DNA of 38,572 nucleotides from Acidimicrobiia bacterium (GCA_041576165.1 JBFGLM010000043.1:1-38572), one strand, 5' to 3'. Numbered from the stretch's first letter, positions 9,167 through 18,750 are shown. Program-made: numbers and translations. The notes: generated by a model not told the origin, from the letters alone.

Positions 9167-10219
9167 TCAGATCTGCACGATCGGGCGGATGGCAGCGCGA
9201 GACTCTAGGGCAGTAAAGGCGTCGTCGATTCGCTCCATCGGGTAGACGTACTGCAGGAGCGGAGACAGATCGACCGCCCCCGACTGGATCAGCTGGATCA
9301 TCGGGGGGTAGGCGTTGGGGCTGGAGCGCACCCCTAGGACGTCGATCTCATCCAGTGTGAGCCGGTCCGGGCTGATCGTCGCGGTGGCGCCTCCGGTCAA
9401 CCCGAGCAGCGCGATCTTGCCGCCGCGTCCGACGACACTGATCGCCTGGGGAATGACCGCGGCGTTGCCGGCACATTCGAACACGTAGTCGACGCCCAGC
9501 CCGGCCGTCAGCTCGCGAACCGCTTCAACCGGGTCGCGAGCTTCATAGTCGACAACGTCGTCGGCGCCCATCGCCTTGGCCGGCTCGAGGCGATGGCCCC
9601 GTCCCACCATGATGACTCGAGCGGCGCCCAGCGCTTTGGCATTGGCCGTTGACATGAGCCCAAGCAGCCCGGGCCCGAACACCGCAACCACGGCGCCTGG
9701 CTGCAATCCGACGCGGCGCATGGCGTGGACCGTGAGCGCCGCCTGGTTGACGAGCGCTCCGGCGACGGGTCCGATCGAGTCGGCGATCTTGTGCAGCGTC
9801 ACCTCGGGTCGGGCGGCGAATTCGGCCAGCGCTCCCGGAGCGGTGTGCCCGTACAGCTTGAATTCGGTGGCGCCCGAGGAGATGCACAGGTTGTAGCGGC
9901 CCGCCCGGCAATTACGACACGCCCGGCAGCCGATGTGGTTTTCTGCCACGACCCGATCGCCCACTTCGAGATCGGTCCTGGTCACATCCGGGCCGAAGCC
10001 GGCGACCGTACCAGTCCACTCGTGGCCGAGGATGAACGGCAGCGCCGGCGGCCAGCCGCGCTCCTGGAACTGCCCACCCACCATCTTGAGGTCGGTGCCG
10101 CACAACCCGCACGCAGTCACTTTGACCAGGATCTCGCCGGGACCCGGCTCGGGTTTGGCGACCTCGGCGACTCGAAGATCGTTCCAGGCGGCGAGGACGA
10201 CGGCCTTCATTGTCGTCAC
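9167..10219 (-). CDS. Zn-dependent alcohol/polyol dehydrogenase (MDR family)
   Basis: CGLCGTD, GHEWTG, CRACRNC...C, GPGLLG and FECAG. GTG 10219 overlaps the creatininase stop (GTGA); alternative start ATG 10210. Confidence 0.9.
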   Translation of the reverse strand: MTTMKAVVLAAWNDLRVAEVAKPEPGPGEILVKVTACGLCGTDLKMVGGQFQERGWPPALPFILGHEWTGTVAGFGPDVTRTDLEVGDRVVAENHIGCRACRNCRAGRYNLCISSGATEFKLYGHTAPGALAEFAARPEVTLHKIADSIGPVAGALVNQAALTVHAMRRVGLQPGAVVAVFGPGLLGLMSTANAKALGAARVIMVGRGHRLEPAKAMGADDVVDYEARDPVEAVRELTAGLGVDYVFECAGNAAVIPQAISVVGRGGKIALLGLTGGATATISPDRLTLDEIDVLGVRSSPNAYPPMIQLIQSGAVDLSPLLQYVYPMERIDDAFTALESRAAIRPIVQI

Positions 10220-11001
10220 TGCGCCTCCCCAATGACTGCCACCCGTTCCTCCAAAGCCTCCATGATCCCTTCGAACGACGAGACGACGTGATCGGCGACG
10301 GCGTCCATGATCTGCTGTGCCCGCGCTGCGTCGACCGTCCCGGGTGTGCCGTACCAACCCGTGCCAGCAACTTCGCGGAAATCGCGCATGATCGGGAACA
10401 CATCCCGGCGGCGGAACAACCCATGTCCCGCCGTACCCAGCTCTACCGGGTCGCCACCGCTGACACGGTCGAGGTGCACGAGCTTCTCATTGTGGGCCAG
10501 CACCGCCGCCGTCTCCATCGACCCCGCATGGGTGAACTCCATCTCGTCGGGGAACAGGGAGTTGGTGATTATGTGAGTCTCAGCGATGACCACCCGGGCG
10601 GAGTGTGCGCTTTGAATCTCGTCGGCGGCCAGCCGCACGGTTGGGGTGTTGCCTTCGTGCCAGTTGACGACCAGGAACACCCCGGCGCCGGCGGCGGCCA
10701 AACCTCCGGCGACGTCGAACATGAGATCCATCAAGGTCCGCGGCCGCAGCGTCAGCGATCCCGCCCACGGCAGATGATATGGAGCGACCCCCACCGGCGC
10801 GACCGGCAGGACTGGGGCGGCGATGCGGTCGGCGATCCGTAACGCAATCGTCAGGGCCGCGAAGTAGTCGGTTCCCAGAGGAAGGTGGGAGCCGTGCTGT
10901 TCGACTGATCCGGTCACCAGGATGGCGGTGCCTCGTTCGAGAGCGGCGGCCGCGTCGGGCTGGGTCATGTTGGGCAGCAACAGGGAGTGGTCACCGATCA
11001 C
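10216..11001 (-). CDS. Creatininase/creatinine amidohydrolase family protein
   Basis: GSVEQHGSHLPLGTD, VNWHEGN and HAGSMET metal-binding motifs. Confidence 0.88.
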   Translation of the reverse strand: MIGDHSLLLPNMTQPDAAAALERGTAILVTGSVEQHGSHLPLGTDYFAALTIALRIADRIAAPVLPVAPVGVAPYHLPWAGSLTLRPRTLMDLMFDVAGGLAAAGAGVFLVVNWHEGNTPTVRLAADEIQSAHSARVVIAETHIITNSLFPDEMEFTHAGSMETAAVLAHNEKLVHLDRVSGGDPVELGTAGHGLFRRRDVFPIMRDFREVAGTGWYGTPGTVDAARAQQIMDAVADHVVSSFEGIMEALEERVAVIGEAQ

Positions 11002-11201
11002 GGCATGTCTCCAGTCTTAGGGGCTCAGCGATAGGCCACTGTCTCGTCGGATGTGTACCACGGCTTGCTGCGCGACGAGCGCAGAAGCCATGTCACGGAG
11101 CGGTGTCGCAACGAACGCTACCTCCGGTCGTACCGTTCCACTGCCTATTGGCTGACCCCCTTGGGCAATGAGCCCTCTTCGGCCGGACCACGCCCGTGAC
11201 T

Positions 11202-11741
11202 TCAGTCGTGCCGGGAGTGCTTGATGAGCTCGAACAGTTCCCGGTTCCAAGCGGCGTGGACGTCGGGGGCGAGATGGTTCGCTTGCCTCGGAGGGATTTC
11301 AACCCCGGCTTCGATCGCAGCTGTATTGAGATCGTGCAACCGGTCGGGCCAGCCGTGCGGCCACGGGTCTACGAGTGACCGCAGCATCTGGAGGTCCCAA
11401 TCCCAATATCGGGCGTAGATGTCAGGTGCGTCACGGCCCAGATCGAACCACTCGGCGAAGCGTTCCAACGTCGGCACCCACGCCCAGAACTCGTCAACAT
11501 CGCCACAGAACTCTCTGACACCTGTTTCGATCTCATTCGACGTCGACCGCAGGTCATCGGGCGAGATCAGCCGCCAGACGCCGGCGATGAAGTCGTTGGT
11601 GGTCGGGTCGATGTCGACATCGGCGGAGATCGCGCTCCATGCGCGGCCGTCCTCGTCGGCCAGACCGATCCACATCAGCTCGGACCGACCCGACCACGGA
11701 AGAGCAGTCCACTCGGTGTCGACGAATATCCGGCGTGTCAT
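11202..11741 (-). CDS. Rv2179c/RNase AS-like 3'-5' exonuclease domain protein
   Basis: N-terminus IFVDTEW...ELMWIGLADEDGRAW resembles the family start (D-T-E-F...L-I-S-I-G-x-V-x-E-D-G-R-E). Also FWAW and YWDW. Confidence 0.55.
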   Translation of the reverse strand: MTRRIFVDTEWTALPWSGRSELMWIGLADEDGRAWSAISADVDIDPTTNDFIAGVWRLISPDDLRSTSNEIETGVREFCGDVDEFWAWVPTLERFAEWFDLGRDAPDIYARYWDWDLQMLRSLVDPWPHGWPDRLHDLNTAAIEAGVEIPPRQANHLAPDVHAAWNRELFELIKHSRHD

Positions 11742-11932
11742 CGCCAGATGGTAAAGCCGCGATGCCGGCTCTTGCTGGTTCGCCGCCAGCTTCGCACGCA
11801 CCAGCAAATGCGGGGCACGGTGGCAACGCTCGTTCGACAGGAGCCACACCCGTCCGTGCGCAGTTTGGTGCCTGCCACGCAAGGCCGCACTCGGATCACC
11901 ACCCTCTCAACACCCAGAACCGATCGAGTCGT

Positions 11933-12979
11933 TCAATCTCCGCCGAGTGGCCACAACTTGCCGAGCGCCACGGCCGCACCCGCCAACGTCAAGCTGGCCA
12001 AGATGAAGACGATGGGCCCCCAGTTCACCGGCGTCTTCTCGGCGGCTGCTTGGGGGACGACCGAAGGCTGAGCCTCCGGCTGCGCCGCGGGCTGCTGGGG
12101 CTCCGATCCGATGCCGAATTCCACGAATTGCGTGATTGATTTCTGGCCGTTCCGCTCGCTGGCGGAGCCATCCCAGACGGCCAAAGCCAGCTTTGTCTGA
12201 CCGTCCACAACGAACTCCGCCAGCCCCTCCGATGAGGGTGCCAGCGAACGGCTGAACAGAGCCCGCCATGTGCCGTCTCGCCACTCGCCACGCCCGGTCA
12301 CGTCCTGAATCTCCGCCGTCGTCAGCGTTCCGAAGCCTTCGGCAACCAGGTTCTCGACTGGAGTAGTCCGATCTCGCTCGGCCATCAGATTGCCGACAGC
12401 CCGCGCCGGGTTGAACGTGGTGTCATCCGCCTGCTGATAGAAATCTGTCTGGGTGTTGGGGTAGTTGTCGAGCGACGTGGCGAATCCGTCGTCGATGTCC
12501 GCCTGCCATACCGCTTTCCAATGCCAGATGTTGACCGGCAACCCGGCGGCCCCCATTGTGTACGGGGGTTCGGCCGCGGCGCTGCCGGGGAACTGAAGGG
12601 CCACCGCATCTGAGAAGGCCTCGCCGCGGTTCACACTCATGTCGGGTTCTTCGTCCGGCCACTCGACCAGTACGTGGATCTGTTCGTCGTCGAATACAGT
12701 CCGGACGGTGACGGCGTCAACGCCTCCACCGCCGAACGGCGGGACGATCGTCTGGGCGGACATGGGTATCTCCGCCGCCGGTACCTCGTCCCACTCCTGC
12801 GCCCACACGTCGTCTGCCGGGATCGAGGTGTCGATCCGCGACGCGACCACCGACGCAACCTGGGCATGCAACGGTGCGAACTCGAATGCACCGGCGATCA
12901 AACCGAGGGCGATGGCCAGCAGCACGGACCTGTAACCGGAGAGGCGCGCGCGGGCGTCAGCAGGTGTGGGAAACGGCAT
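11933..12979 (-). CDS. nxrC: Heme b-binding gamma subunit (EbdC/NxrC-like, DOMON-type) with N-terminal signal and C-terminal TM anchor
   Basis: EWPD...FSDAVALQFP, YTMG...VNIWHWKA (Met ligand region), AEGFGTLT and LAVWDGSASERNGQKS (Lys ligand region). Signal peptide ends near PLHA|Q; hydrophobic C-terminal helix. Last gene of the molybdoenzyme operon. Confidence 0.8.
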   Translation of the reverse strand: MPFPTPADARARLSGYRSVLLAIALGLIAGAFEFAPLHAQVASVVASRIDTSIPADDVWAQEWDEVPAAEIPMSAQTIVPPFGGGGVDAVTVRTVFDDEQIHVLVEWPDEEPDMSVNRGEAFSDAVALQFPGSAAAEPPYTMGAAGLPVNIWHWKAVWQADIDDGFATSLDNYPNTQTDFYQQADDTTFNPARAVGNLMAERDRTTPVENLVAEGFGTLTTAEIQDVTGRGEWRDGTWRALFSRSLAPSSEGLAEFVVDGQTKLALAVWDGSASERNGQKSITQFVEFGIGSEPQQPAAQPEAQPSVVPQAAAEKTPVNWGPIVFILASLTLAGAAVALGKLWPLGGD

Positions 12980-13730
12980 GCTCGAATCCCTCCCTTTCGT
13001 TGTTGGGCATGGGCACCGGAGTGGCGGCCATGGGGCAGGTCATCTCACCGGGCTCGTCCGCGATGAGGACCGGTTCGTCTCGAAATCGAGCCACATTGCC
13101 GAGCCGCAGGAACTTCTCCTCCGATGCGACAAAGGCTCCCAGCAGCCGGGCGGCCGCCGAGTAGAACCCGCCGCCGGCGGCTACGTCGATGCGCTGGGCG
13201 ATCAGCGGCATCCAACGAGCCGCGTGGTCTCGCACGAAGCTGCGCTGGGCTTGCCTGCACAGCTTGACGTGCTCGGCCTCGTCACCATCACGCGCAGTGG
13301 CCTCCTTGACGGCCAGGAGGTACATGAACTCGAGCTCGACACTGAGGTGGTCGGCCCGCTCGGCACGGGCATCGACGCCGAAGGCCCGGTAGAAGCCGGC
13401 GATGTCGGCCTGGTGCTGTGTCTGCTGAAAGATGTGCCGGGCGCTGAATGCCGTCTCGTGGACCGGGCAGTCCTCGTTGTAGCTGAGGGTGAAAGCCCTC
13501 TGGAACGATGCCTCGAGCGTCGCCTGATCGACCCCCTCGACAACTCGGGCCAGATCTTCTGCCGCATCGAAGACCGCCGCGCCGATGACGCCGGCGCCCA
13601 TTCTCGCCACCGACGCCGCCCGGCGCAGGTCGGTCACCGTGTCCCGGGTGGGGTAAGTAAACGAAAGGCCGAGCAGGCGATAGATCGCTGCCCTGGAGAG
13701 CGCTCGCTCCTCGCCGGTCACGCGTGCCAT
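12957..13730 (-). CDS. TorD/DmsD-family molybdoenzyme maturation chaperone (NxrD-like)
   Basis: RAAIYRLL, CPVHET, ADIAGFYRAFG, ERADHLSVELEFMYLL and FVRDH...W motifs. Lies between the beta and gamma subunit genes. Confidence 0.9.
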   Translation of the reverse strand: MARVTGEERALSRAAIYRLLGLSFTYPTRDTVTDLRRAASVARMGAGVIGAAVFDAAEDLARVVEGVDQATLEASFQRAFTLSYNEDCPVHETAFSARHIFQQTQHQADIAGFYRAFGVDARAERADHLSVELEFMYLLAVKEATARDGDEAEHVKLCRQAQRSFVRDHAARWMPLIAQRIDVAAGGGFYSAAARLLGAFVASEEKFLRLGNVARFRDEPVLIADEPGEMTCPMAATPVPMPNNEREGFEHAVSHTC

Positions 13731-13745
13731 CAGCTGCTCTCCTTC

Positions 13746-14978
13746 CTAGATCGAGTTGAGGTACTGGGCGGGCCGCTCAAATTGCGGCTCTTGCACGGTC
13801 ACTCGCACGATTTCGCGACCGTCACGTGCGTAACCGATGACGAGGTCGTTGAAGATCTCGAGCGGCTCGCCGGCCACGTTCACCTCAGAGATCTTCTCGC
13901 CCTCGACCACTTCGAACGTGAAGATGATCTCCTGGGCGACTCTGAAGAGTTGAAGCACTGCCGACGCCCGGCGGGAGGGCCGCTCGTACGCCTGGAGTGC
14001 CTGGTCGACGCCCGGGCCGAACATCTGCCGCAAGTAGTCCCGCGGCACCCACCGCGGGGGGATGTAATAGACGTTGGGTTGTGTCCCGAACTGGGGATAC
14101 AACGGCAGGGCCATTTGTTCTTCACGAATCAGGTAATAGATGGGGTTGTCCGGGTTCGCCTTCCACGTACCGTCCGGGTTCATCTCCACGAGCCCTTGCA
14201 GCCGGATCTGGCCGGGGCAGGCGGACATGCATCGCGTCTCCATCGGCAACCCATTGGTGAGCGGGTCAGTTCCGTCGACGCGCGGATAACAGCCAATGCA
14301 CTTCTCGGACGTCCGCGAGTCCGGACGGTACATCGGCTTTTTGTAGGGGCACTGCTCGACGCACTTCCGGTAGCCGCGGCATCGCTTCTGGTCGATGAGG
14401 ACTATGCCGTCCTCTTCCCGCTTGTAGATGGCGTTGCGAGGGCAGGCGGAGAGGCAAGCCGGGGTCGAGCAGTGGTTGCAGATCCGCTGCAGATAGAAGA
14501 ACCATGTCTGGTGTTCCGGCAGGCTCACGCCTTCCCCCAGGTTGCGGGCGGCCGCCGAATCTTCGTGGATGTTGGGTGCGGACCACTCTTCATCGGTGGG
14601 CAGGTACCCGAGCGCTTCCTGCCCCGTTCCCTGCGCTGCCTCGAAGATCGTCTGGCCTTCATAGGTCCCGTACGGCGCCTCTGAACTGGGTGTGCCCCCC
14701 CACGTCTGGCCGTCGGGATTGGCTTGTTCGAGAAGGTCGAGGATCTTGACATCCCAGCCCTGCGGATAACCTCCGTAGGGCTTGGTTTCGACGTTGTTCC
14801 ACCACATGTCCTCCTGACCTTCCGAGAAGGTCCAGGTCGACTTGCATGACATCGTGCAGGTCTGACACGCCAAGCAACGATTGGTGTTGAAGATCGCGGC
14901 GAATTGCCATTCGGGACTGGCCGGCTCGAACCGGTAGCTCATCTCACGACCGAGTTGCCAGTTGTAGACGGTTGCCAT
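13746..14978 (-). CDS. nxrB: Nitrite oxidoreductase/nitrate reductase beta (Fe-S) subunit, anammox/Nitrospira type
   Basis: N-terminus VYNWQLGREM and WWNNVETKPYGGYP are characteristic of periplasmic NxrB. Four Cys groups: CLACQTCTMSC, CNHCSTPACLSAC, CRGYRKCVEQC (3Fe-4S type) and CIGC...CMSAC. Also LPLYPQFGTQPNVYYIPPRWVP. Confidence 0.9.
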   Translation of the reverse strand: MATVYNWQLGREMSYRFEPASPEWQFAAIFNTNRCLACQTCTMSCKSTWTFSEGQEDMWWNNVETKPYGGYPQGWDVKILDLLEQANPDGQTWGGTPSSEAPYGTYEGQTIFEAAQGTGQEALGYLPTDEEWSAPNIHEDSAAARNLGEGVSLPEHQTWFFYLQRICNHCSTPACLSACPRNAIYKREEDGIVLIDQKRCRGYRKCVEQCPYKKPMYRPDSRTSEKCIGCYPRVDGTDPLTNGLPMETRCMSACPGQIRLQGLVEMNPDGTWKANPDNPIYYLIREEQMALPLYPQFGTQPNVYYIPPRWVPRDYLRQMFGPGVDQALQAYERPSRRASAVLQLFRVAQEIIFTFEVVEGEKISEVNVAGEPLEIFNDLVIGYARDGREIVRVTVQEPQFERPAQYLNSI

Positions 14979-14979
14979 C

Positions 14980-15291
14980 TCAACTCACCTCCGGACCTTG
15001 TTCTGGCGGGTGTCCCAGCACGTCGGTGATGAGCCGCTCGACGAACTCGGGCCCGCGGTCCCGGTAGACGGCATGGGCTGCCACGTACCTCGGCATTCGG
15101 AACATCCGGGCGATCCGGTCGCGCGGCCAGCCGAGCCGGGCGAACTCCTCGACGAAGGCCCTGGCCATGGCCGCCATCCCGTCGTAGCCGGGAGTGGAGT
15201 AGGCCACGGCGGTCGCCATGTACGGATCGGTCGGTTCGGCGACCTTGGACTGCCCTGTCCGTATGCTCACGGGCTGGAAGTTGCCGGTCAT
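14980..15291 (-). CDS. Small hypothetical protein between nxrA and nxrB
   Basis: 103 aa. Its ATG overlaps the nxrA stop (ATGA). It ends 1 nt before the nxrB ATG and contains the nxrB RBS (GGAGGTGA). Core MARAFVEEFARLGW...MFRMPRY...H...Y. Confidence 0.8.
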   Translation of the reverse strand: MTGNFQPVSIRTGQSKVAEPTDPYMATAVAYSTPGYDGMAAMARAFVEEFARLGWPRDRIARMFRMPRYVAAHAVYRDRGPEFVERLITDVLGHPPEQGPEVS

Positions 15292-18200
15292 TGAACGTAG
15301 CCTCCCGTTAGGTAGCGACGCATCCGGTCGTCTTCGTTACCCGGTGAGCGGCCGGTGGTCGCCGGCTCCCAGATGCCGACGCCGCCGAGACCGCCGTCCT
15401 CCGCCTTCGTCACCCGGACCAATGTCTCCTTGGGAACAGTGTTGATCGCGTGGTTGTCGGCCTCGCCGCCGAACATGAACGAGACGGCGATCTTGCTCTT
15501 GTGGAAGAGGGTGTCGGTCTGATGCATGGGCATGGCCCAGTCGCGAGTCACGCTTTGGTGCGACCCGTACCGATAGCTCGACTGGTAGCCGGTGTCTTCT
15601 GACACGGCCCGGCCGTCGGGGCGGGTCTCGTGGGCCAAGACCGTTTTCTGGGTGGCAAGCCAGTACCCATGTTTGGCCATCAGCACGTTGTATGGGTACG
15701 CCGCGTTGAACTTGACCCGCAGCATGAGGCGCGCCACCTTGTGGAACGGATCGGAGGTGTCGTCGGGGTCGTAGTTCGGGTAGGGCCGGTCGAGCGGGTT
15801 GGCGTCGATCCACACATAATCCCCGTCTTGGAGCCCCAGATCGCGCGCTGCCTCGGGGTTCATGTGGACCTCCCGGTCCCCGACATGGGGAAGGCGGATG
15901 TCCCGGCGATGAGGATCGCCGAAGTTGCTGCCCCAAATCGTCTCCCAATCGGTGACCGCCCACCCCGAGTGCGTTGTGTGGCGGGTCTTGGGCGTCAGGA
16001 AGTAGAACTGGAAGCCCTCCTCCCACAACGGGTTGGTTGTCTGTTTGGTCTCCTCCCAGGAGAGCTTGATGTTGCGCACCGTGCGCAGCTCCGGATCCAT
16101 CTCGTCGCGAGGTATGCCGTAGTCCTCCGGTTGGATCAATGGGTTCGTAGTGACGATCACGTTCGGCAGATATGGCGTGGCCTCGGGTCCCTCGCGATGG
16201 ACGATGAAGTTCTCGCCGTACTCGATGGCCTCGGGTATCTCGACGTAGGAGTGCATGCGCCCGGTCTCTGTCCAGAACGGCAGATCGTCATGAACCTGCT
16301 CCCAGAAGGGGATCCGCGGATAGGTCCGAAACATCATCAGCGCCGCGCCGGGTTCCCCGTACTGACCCTCGCGGATGTCGTCGACGCGGTACCCGCGGGT
16401 GGTTGCGGAGGCGTCGAGCAGACGCTGCATATAGACCTCGCCCCGGCCTTCGAGCGCAAACTTCCAATAGTCGGCGAAGCGGGGATCGTCGAGGATCGCG
16501 CCGAGGCGCTCCGCCACCTTGGCCATCATCATCAAGTCGTCTTCGCTTTCGAAGAGGGGTTCGATGCCGTCGCGTCCCCATATCTGTAGGAAGGGGTTGG
16601 AGCACGAGGCGGTGATCTCCGAGGTTTGGAACTCGACCCACGAGTTGGCCGGCAGCACGAAGTCGGAAAGCTCACACGACGAGGTCATCTCGATGTCCTG
16701 GGTGATGATCATGTCGACATGCGGGTTCACGTCCCGGATCACCAGGTAGGCGTGTTTGGCGTTGTTGATCAAGTTGACATTTGTTGTCCAGATGACCTTC
16801 GTCGGGGTCGGCATGTGGGACTGACCCGTGAAGTTCAAGCGACCGAACCTCGGCGTGTCCACGATCAGCGCCCGGTCACCGTGATCCCAATAGGCGGGCT
16901 CTTCGTCCTTGGTGTACGCCCGCACGACGATGTCTTTGCCGTCGGCCGATTCATCGAGGGTGGGGTTGAAAGGATCCTCGGCCACCCACCCCTTGAACCC
17001 CGGACCGGACCAGTCGGTCGATTGCCATAGCGCCGCCTTGTAGTTGCCCGCCCAGGTATGGCTGCCTGCTCCGGGAACACCGATGTTGCCGGTGAGCATG
17101 ACCGGGAGGTAGGTCGCCCGGTTGTGCAAAGTCGCGTGGAACCAGTGGTTGATGCCCTCGCCCGTGTGGATAGCCACCGGTTTGATCGTCGCGATGTCGT
17201 CGGCAAGGCGGCGGATCAGCTCGATGGGTGTGCCGGTGATCTCATGGACGGTCTCGAGGTCGTAGTCCCGCAGGTGGTCGCGATAGGCCTCCCACAGTGT
17301 GAGCACCTCGACGGTGCTGCCGTCGACCAGCTGGACCGGTCCGCGATAGTCGAGGCGCGGCACGAACCCGCGCTCCACCATTCGGCCACCGACATCGTCG
17401 CGCGTAATGGCCCGCAGGCCCCCCTCGCCCTCGTCGAATACGACGAAGTCCCCGCCGATTGCCTCGTACTGTTCGGATGTGAGCTTCTGCTCGGTGTAGC
17501 TCGGCCCGGCCGGATCCAGCGCCGGCACGTAATCCGGGAACACGTCGCCGGCCCGAAGCCTCTGCAGGTTGTCGCTTCGCAGCAGCAGGGGAAAGTCGGT
17601 GAACCGGAGCACGAAGTCCTCGTCGTACAGATCCTCGTCCATGAGGATCTTGGCGATCGCCAGGAATATTGCGGTGTCGGAGAGCCCGGGTCGAACCGGG
17701 AGCCAGTAGTCCGACTTCGAGGCCGGGGGACTGTACTCGGGGGCGATCGTCACGATCTTGCCGCCGTGCTCCATGATGTTCGAGAAGAAGTGGGACTCCG
17801 GCATCTTGTTCTCGACGAGGTTCTTCCCCACCTGGATGGTCAGCTTGGAGTTGGCCAGGTCGTTGAAGTCCGGCTCGGACGTCTGCACACCATGTACGAA
17901 TGGATGCCCCGGCGCCTGGTCTCCGTGCCACGTGTAGTTCGACCAGTTGCGGCCGCCTCGCGCCTCGTCCGGACCGACGCCGCGGACGCCGGTATCGAGC
18001 AGCGCGAGTGCGTTGCTCATGCGGTACATGCCGTATTTGCCGATGACGCCGAGGAGTCCCATCCCCCCGCGCAACTTCATGGTGCGGGTGCCGGCACCGC
18101 CCATCTCGTCGACCATCTCCGCCTGATAACCCTCGTCCAGCAGGCGTTGCGCGCCGGCTTCGCCGGAGTAGGCCTCGGCGACGGCAATGAGCCCGCGGGC

Positions 18201-18737
18201 GATGTAGTCATACATCTCATCCCACGACACACGAACGAACGTGTCGGTGCCGCGGCTGGTGAACATGTACGTTTCCCGGTTGTCAGCGGTGAGCTCCGGG
18301 AACCCGTCATCCGCCCACTGCTTCCAGCCGGCCCGGACCAGGGGGAATTTGAGCCGGTACGGCCCGTAGACCCGTCGGTGGAACGTCTGCCCCTTCTTGC
18401 ATCCGCGGGGGTGCCATTTGACCGAAGCGGTGTTGCCCAGCTGGTCGGCGTAGCGCCCCACGTCGTAGTTCTGCTCGATGCGTTGTATGACGCCGTTGCG
18501 AGTGAACGCCCGCAGGCGGCAGGCGTGGGTGTCGTTGGGAGAGCAGACGAATGTGAAGCTGTTGTCGTACGCATACTGGTCTCGATAGACCCGCTCCCAG
18601 TCGCGGTAGGGGTAGAAATCGAGCGGGTTGGCCACTGTGTCGGCCGTCTGAAAACTGCGCAGAAGTGGATAGGACGCAGCGCCGATCGTGGCGACCGTAC
18701 CCAGCTTGAGGAAGTCCCTGCGCGACATTCCATCCAC
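15288..18737 (-). CDS. nxrA: Tat-exported Mo-bisPGD catalytic subunit, anammox/Nitrospira-type nitrite oxidoreductase (nitrate reductase) alpha
   Basis: Tat motif SRRDFLK. FS0 motif C-x3-D-x3-C-x39-C (CSPNDTHAC...PRGC). Mo-ligand Asp in NWSNYTWHGDQAPGHPF. Long blocks match recalled anammox NxrA (RGGMGLLGVIGKYGMYR, EYGENFIVHREGPEATPYLPN, EADNHxINTVPKETLV). 1149 aa, RBS AAGGAGGG. Confidence 0.92.
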   Translation of the reverse strand: MDGMSRRDFLKLGTVATIGAASYPLLRSFQTADTVANPLDFYPYRDWERVYRDQYAYDNSFTFVCSPNDTHACRLRAFTRNGVIQRIEQNYDVGRYADQLGNTASVKWHPRGCKKGQTFHRRVYGPYRLKFPLVRAGWKQWADDGFPELTADNRETYMFTSRGTDTFVRVSWDEMYDYIARGLIAVAEAYSGEAGAQRLLDEGYQAEMVDEMGGAGTRTMKLRGGMGLLGVIGKYGMYRMSNALALLDTGVRGVGPDEARGGRNWSNYTWHGDQAPGHPFVHGVQTSEPDFNDLANSKLTIQVGKNLVENKMPESHFFSNIMEHGGKIVTIAPEYSPPASKSDYWLPVRPGLSDTAIFLAIAKILMDEDLYDEDFVLRFTDFPLLLRSDNLQRLRAGDVFPDYVPALDPAGPSYTEQKLTSEQYEAIGGDFVVFDEGEGGLRAITRDDVGGRMVERGFVPRLDYRGPVQLVDGSTVEVLTLWEAYRDHLRDYDLETVHEITGTPIELIRRLADDIATIKPVAIHTGEGINHWFHATLHNRATYLPVMLTGNIGVPGAGSHTWAGNYKAALWQSTDWSGPGFKGWVAEDPFNPTLDESADGKDIVVRAYTKDEEPAYWDHGDRALIVDTPRFGRLNFTGQSHMPTPTKVIWTTNVNLINNAKHAYLVIRDVNPHVDMIITQDIEMTSSCELSDFVLPANSWVEFQTSEITASCSNPFLQIWGRDGIEPLFESEDDLMMMAKVAERLGAILDDPRFADYWKFALEGRGEVYMQRLLDASATTRGYRVDDIREGQYGEPGAALMMFRTYPRIPFWEQVHDDLPFWTETGRMHSYVEIPEAIEYGENFIVHREGPEATPYLPNVIVTTNPLIQPEDYGIPRDEMDPELRTVRNIKLSWEETKQTTNPLWEEGFQFYFLTPKTRHTTHSGWAVTDWETIWGSNFGDPHRRDIRLPHVGDREVHMNPEAARDLGLQDGDYVWIDANPLDRPYPNYDPDDTSDPFHKVARLMLRVKFNAAYPYNVLMAKHGYWLATQKTVLAHETRPDGRAVSEDTGYQSSYRYGSHQSVTRDWAMPMHQTDTLFHKSKIAVSFMFGGEADNHAINTVPKETLVRVTKAEDGGLGGVGIWEPATTGRSPGNEDDRMRRYLTGGYVQ

Positions 18738-18750
18738 GGCTCAGCCCTCC

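Noticed and set aside
10216-11001. Creatininase as MftE of mycofactocin biosynthesis
   Set aside because: No mftA/B/C/D/F genes are nearby.
13746-18737. Calling the operon ordinary narGHJI
   Set aside because: The Tat signal, Asp-type FS0 motif, EbdC-like gamma subunit, TorD-type chaperone and absence of NarI/NarK do not fit cytoplasm-facing Nar.
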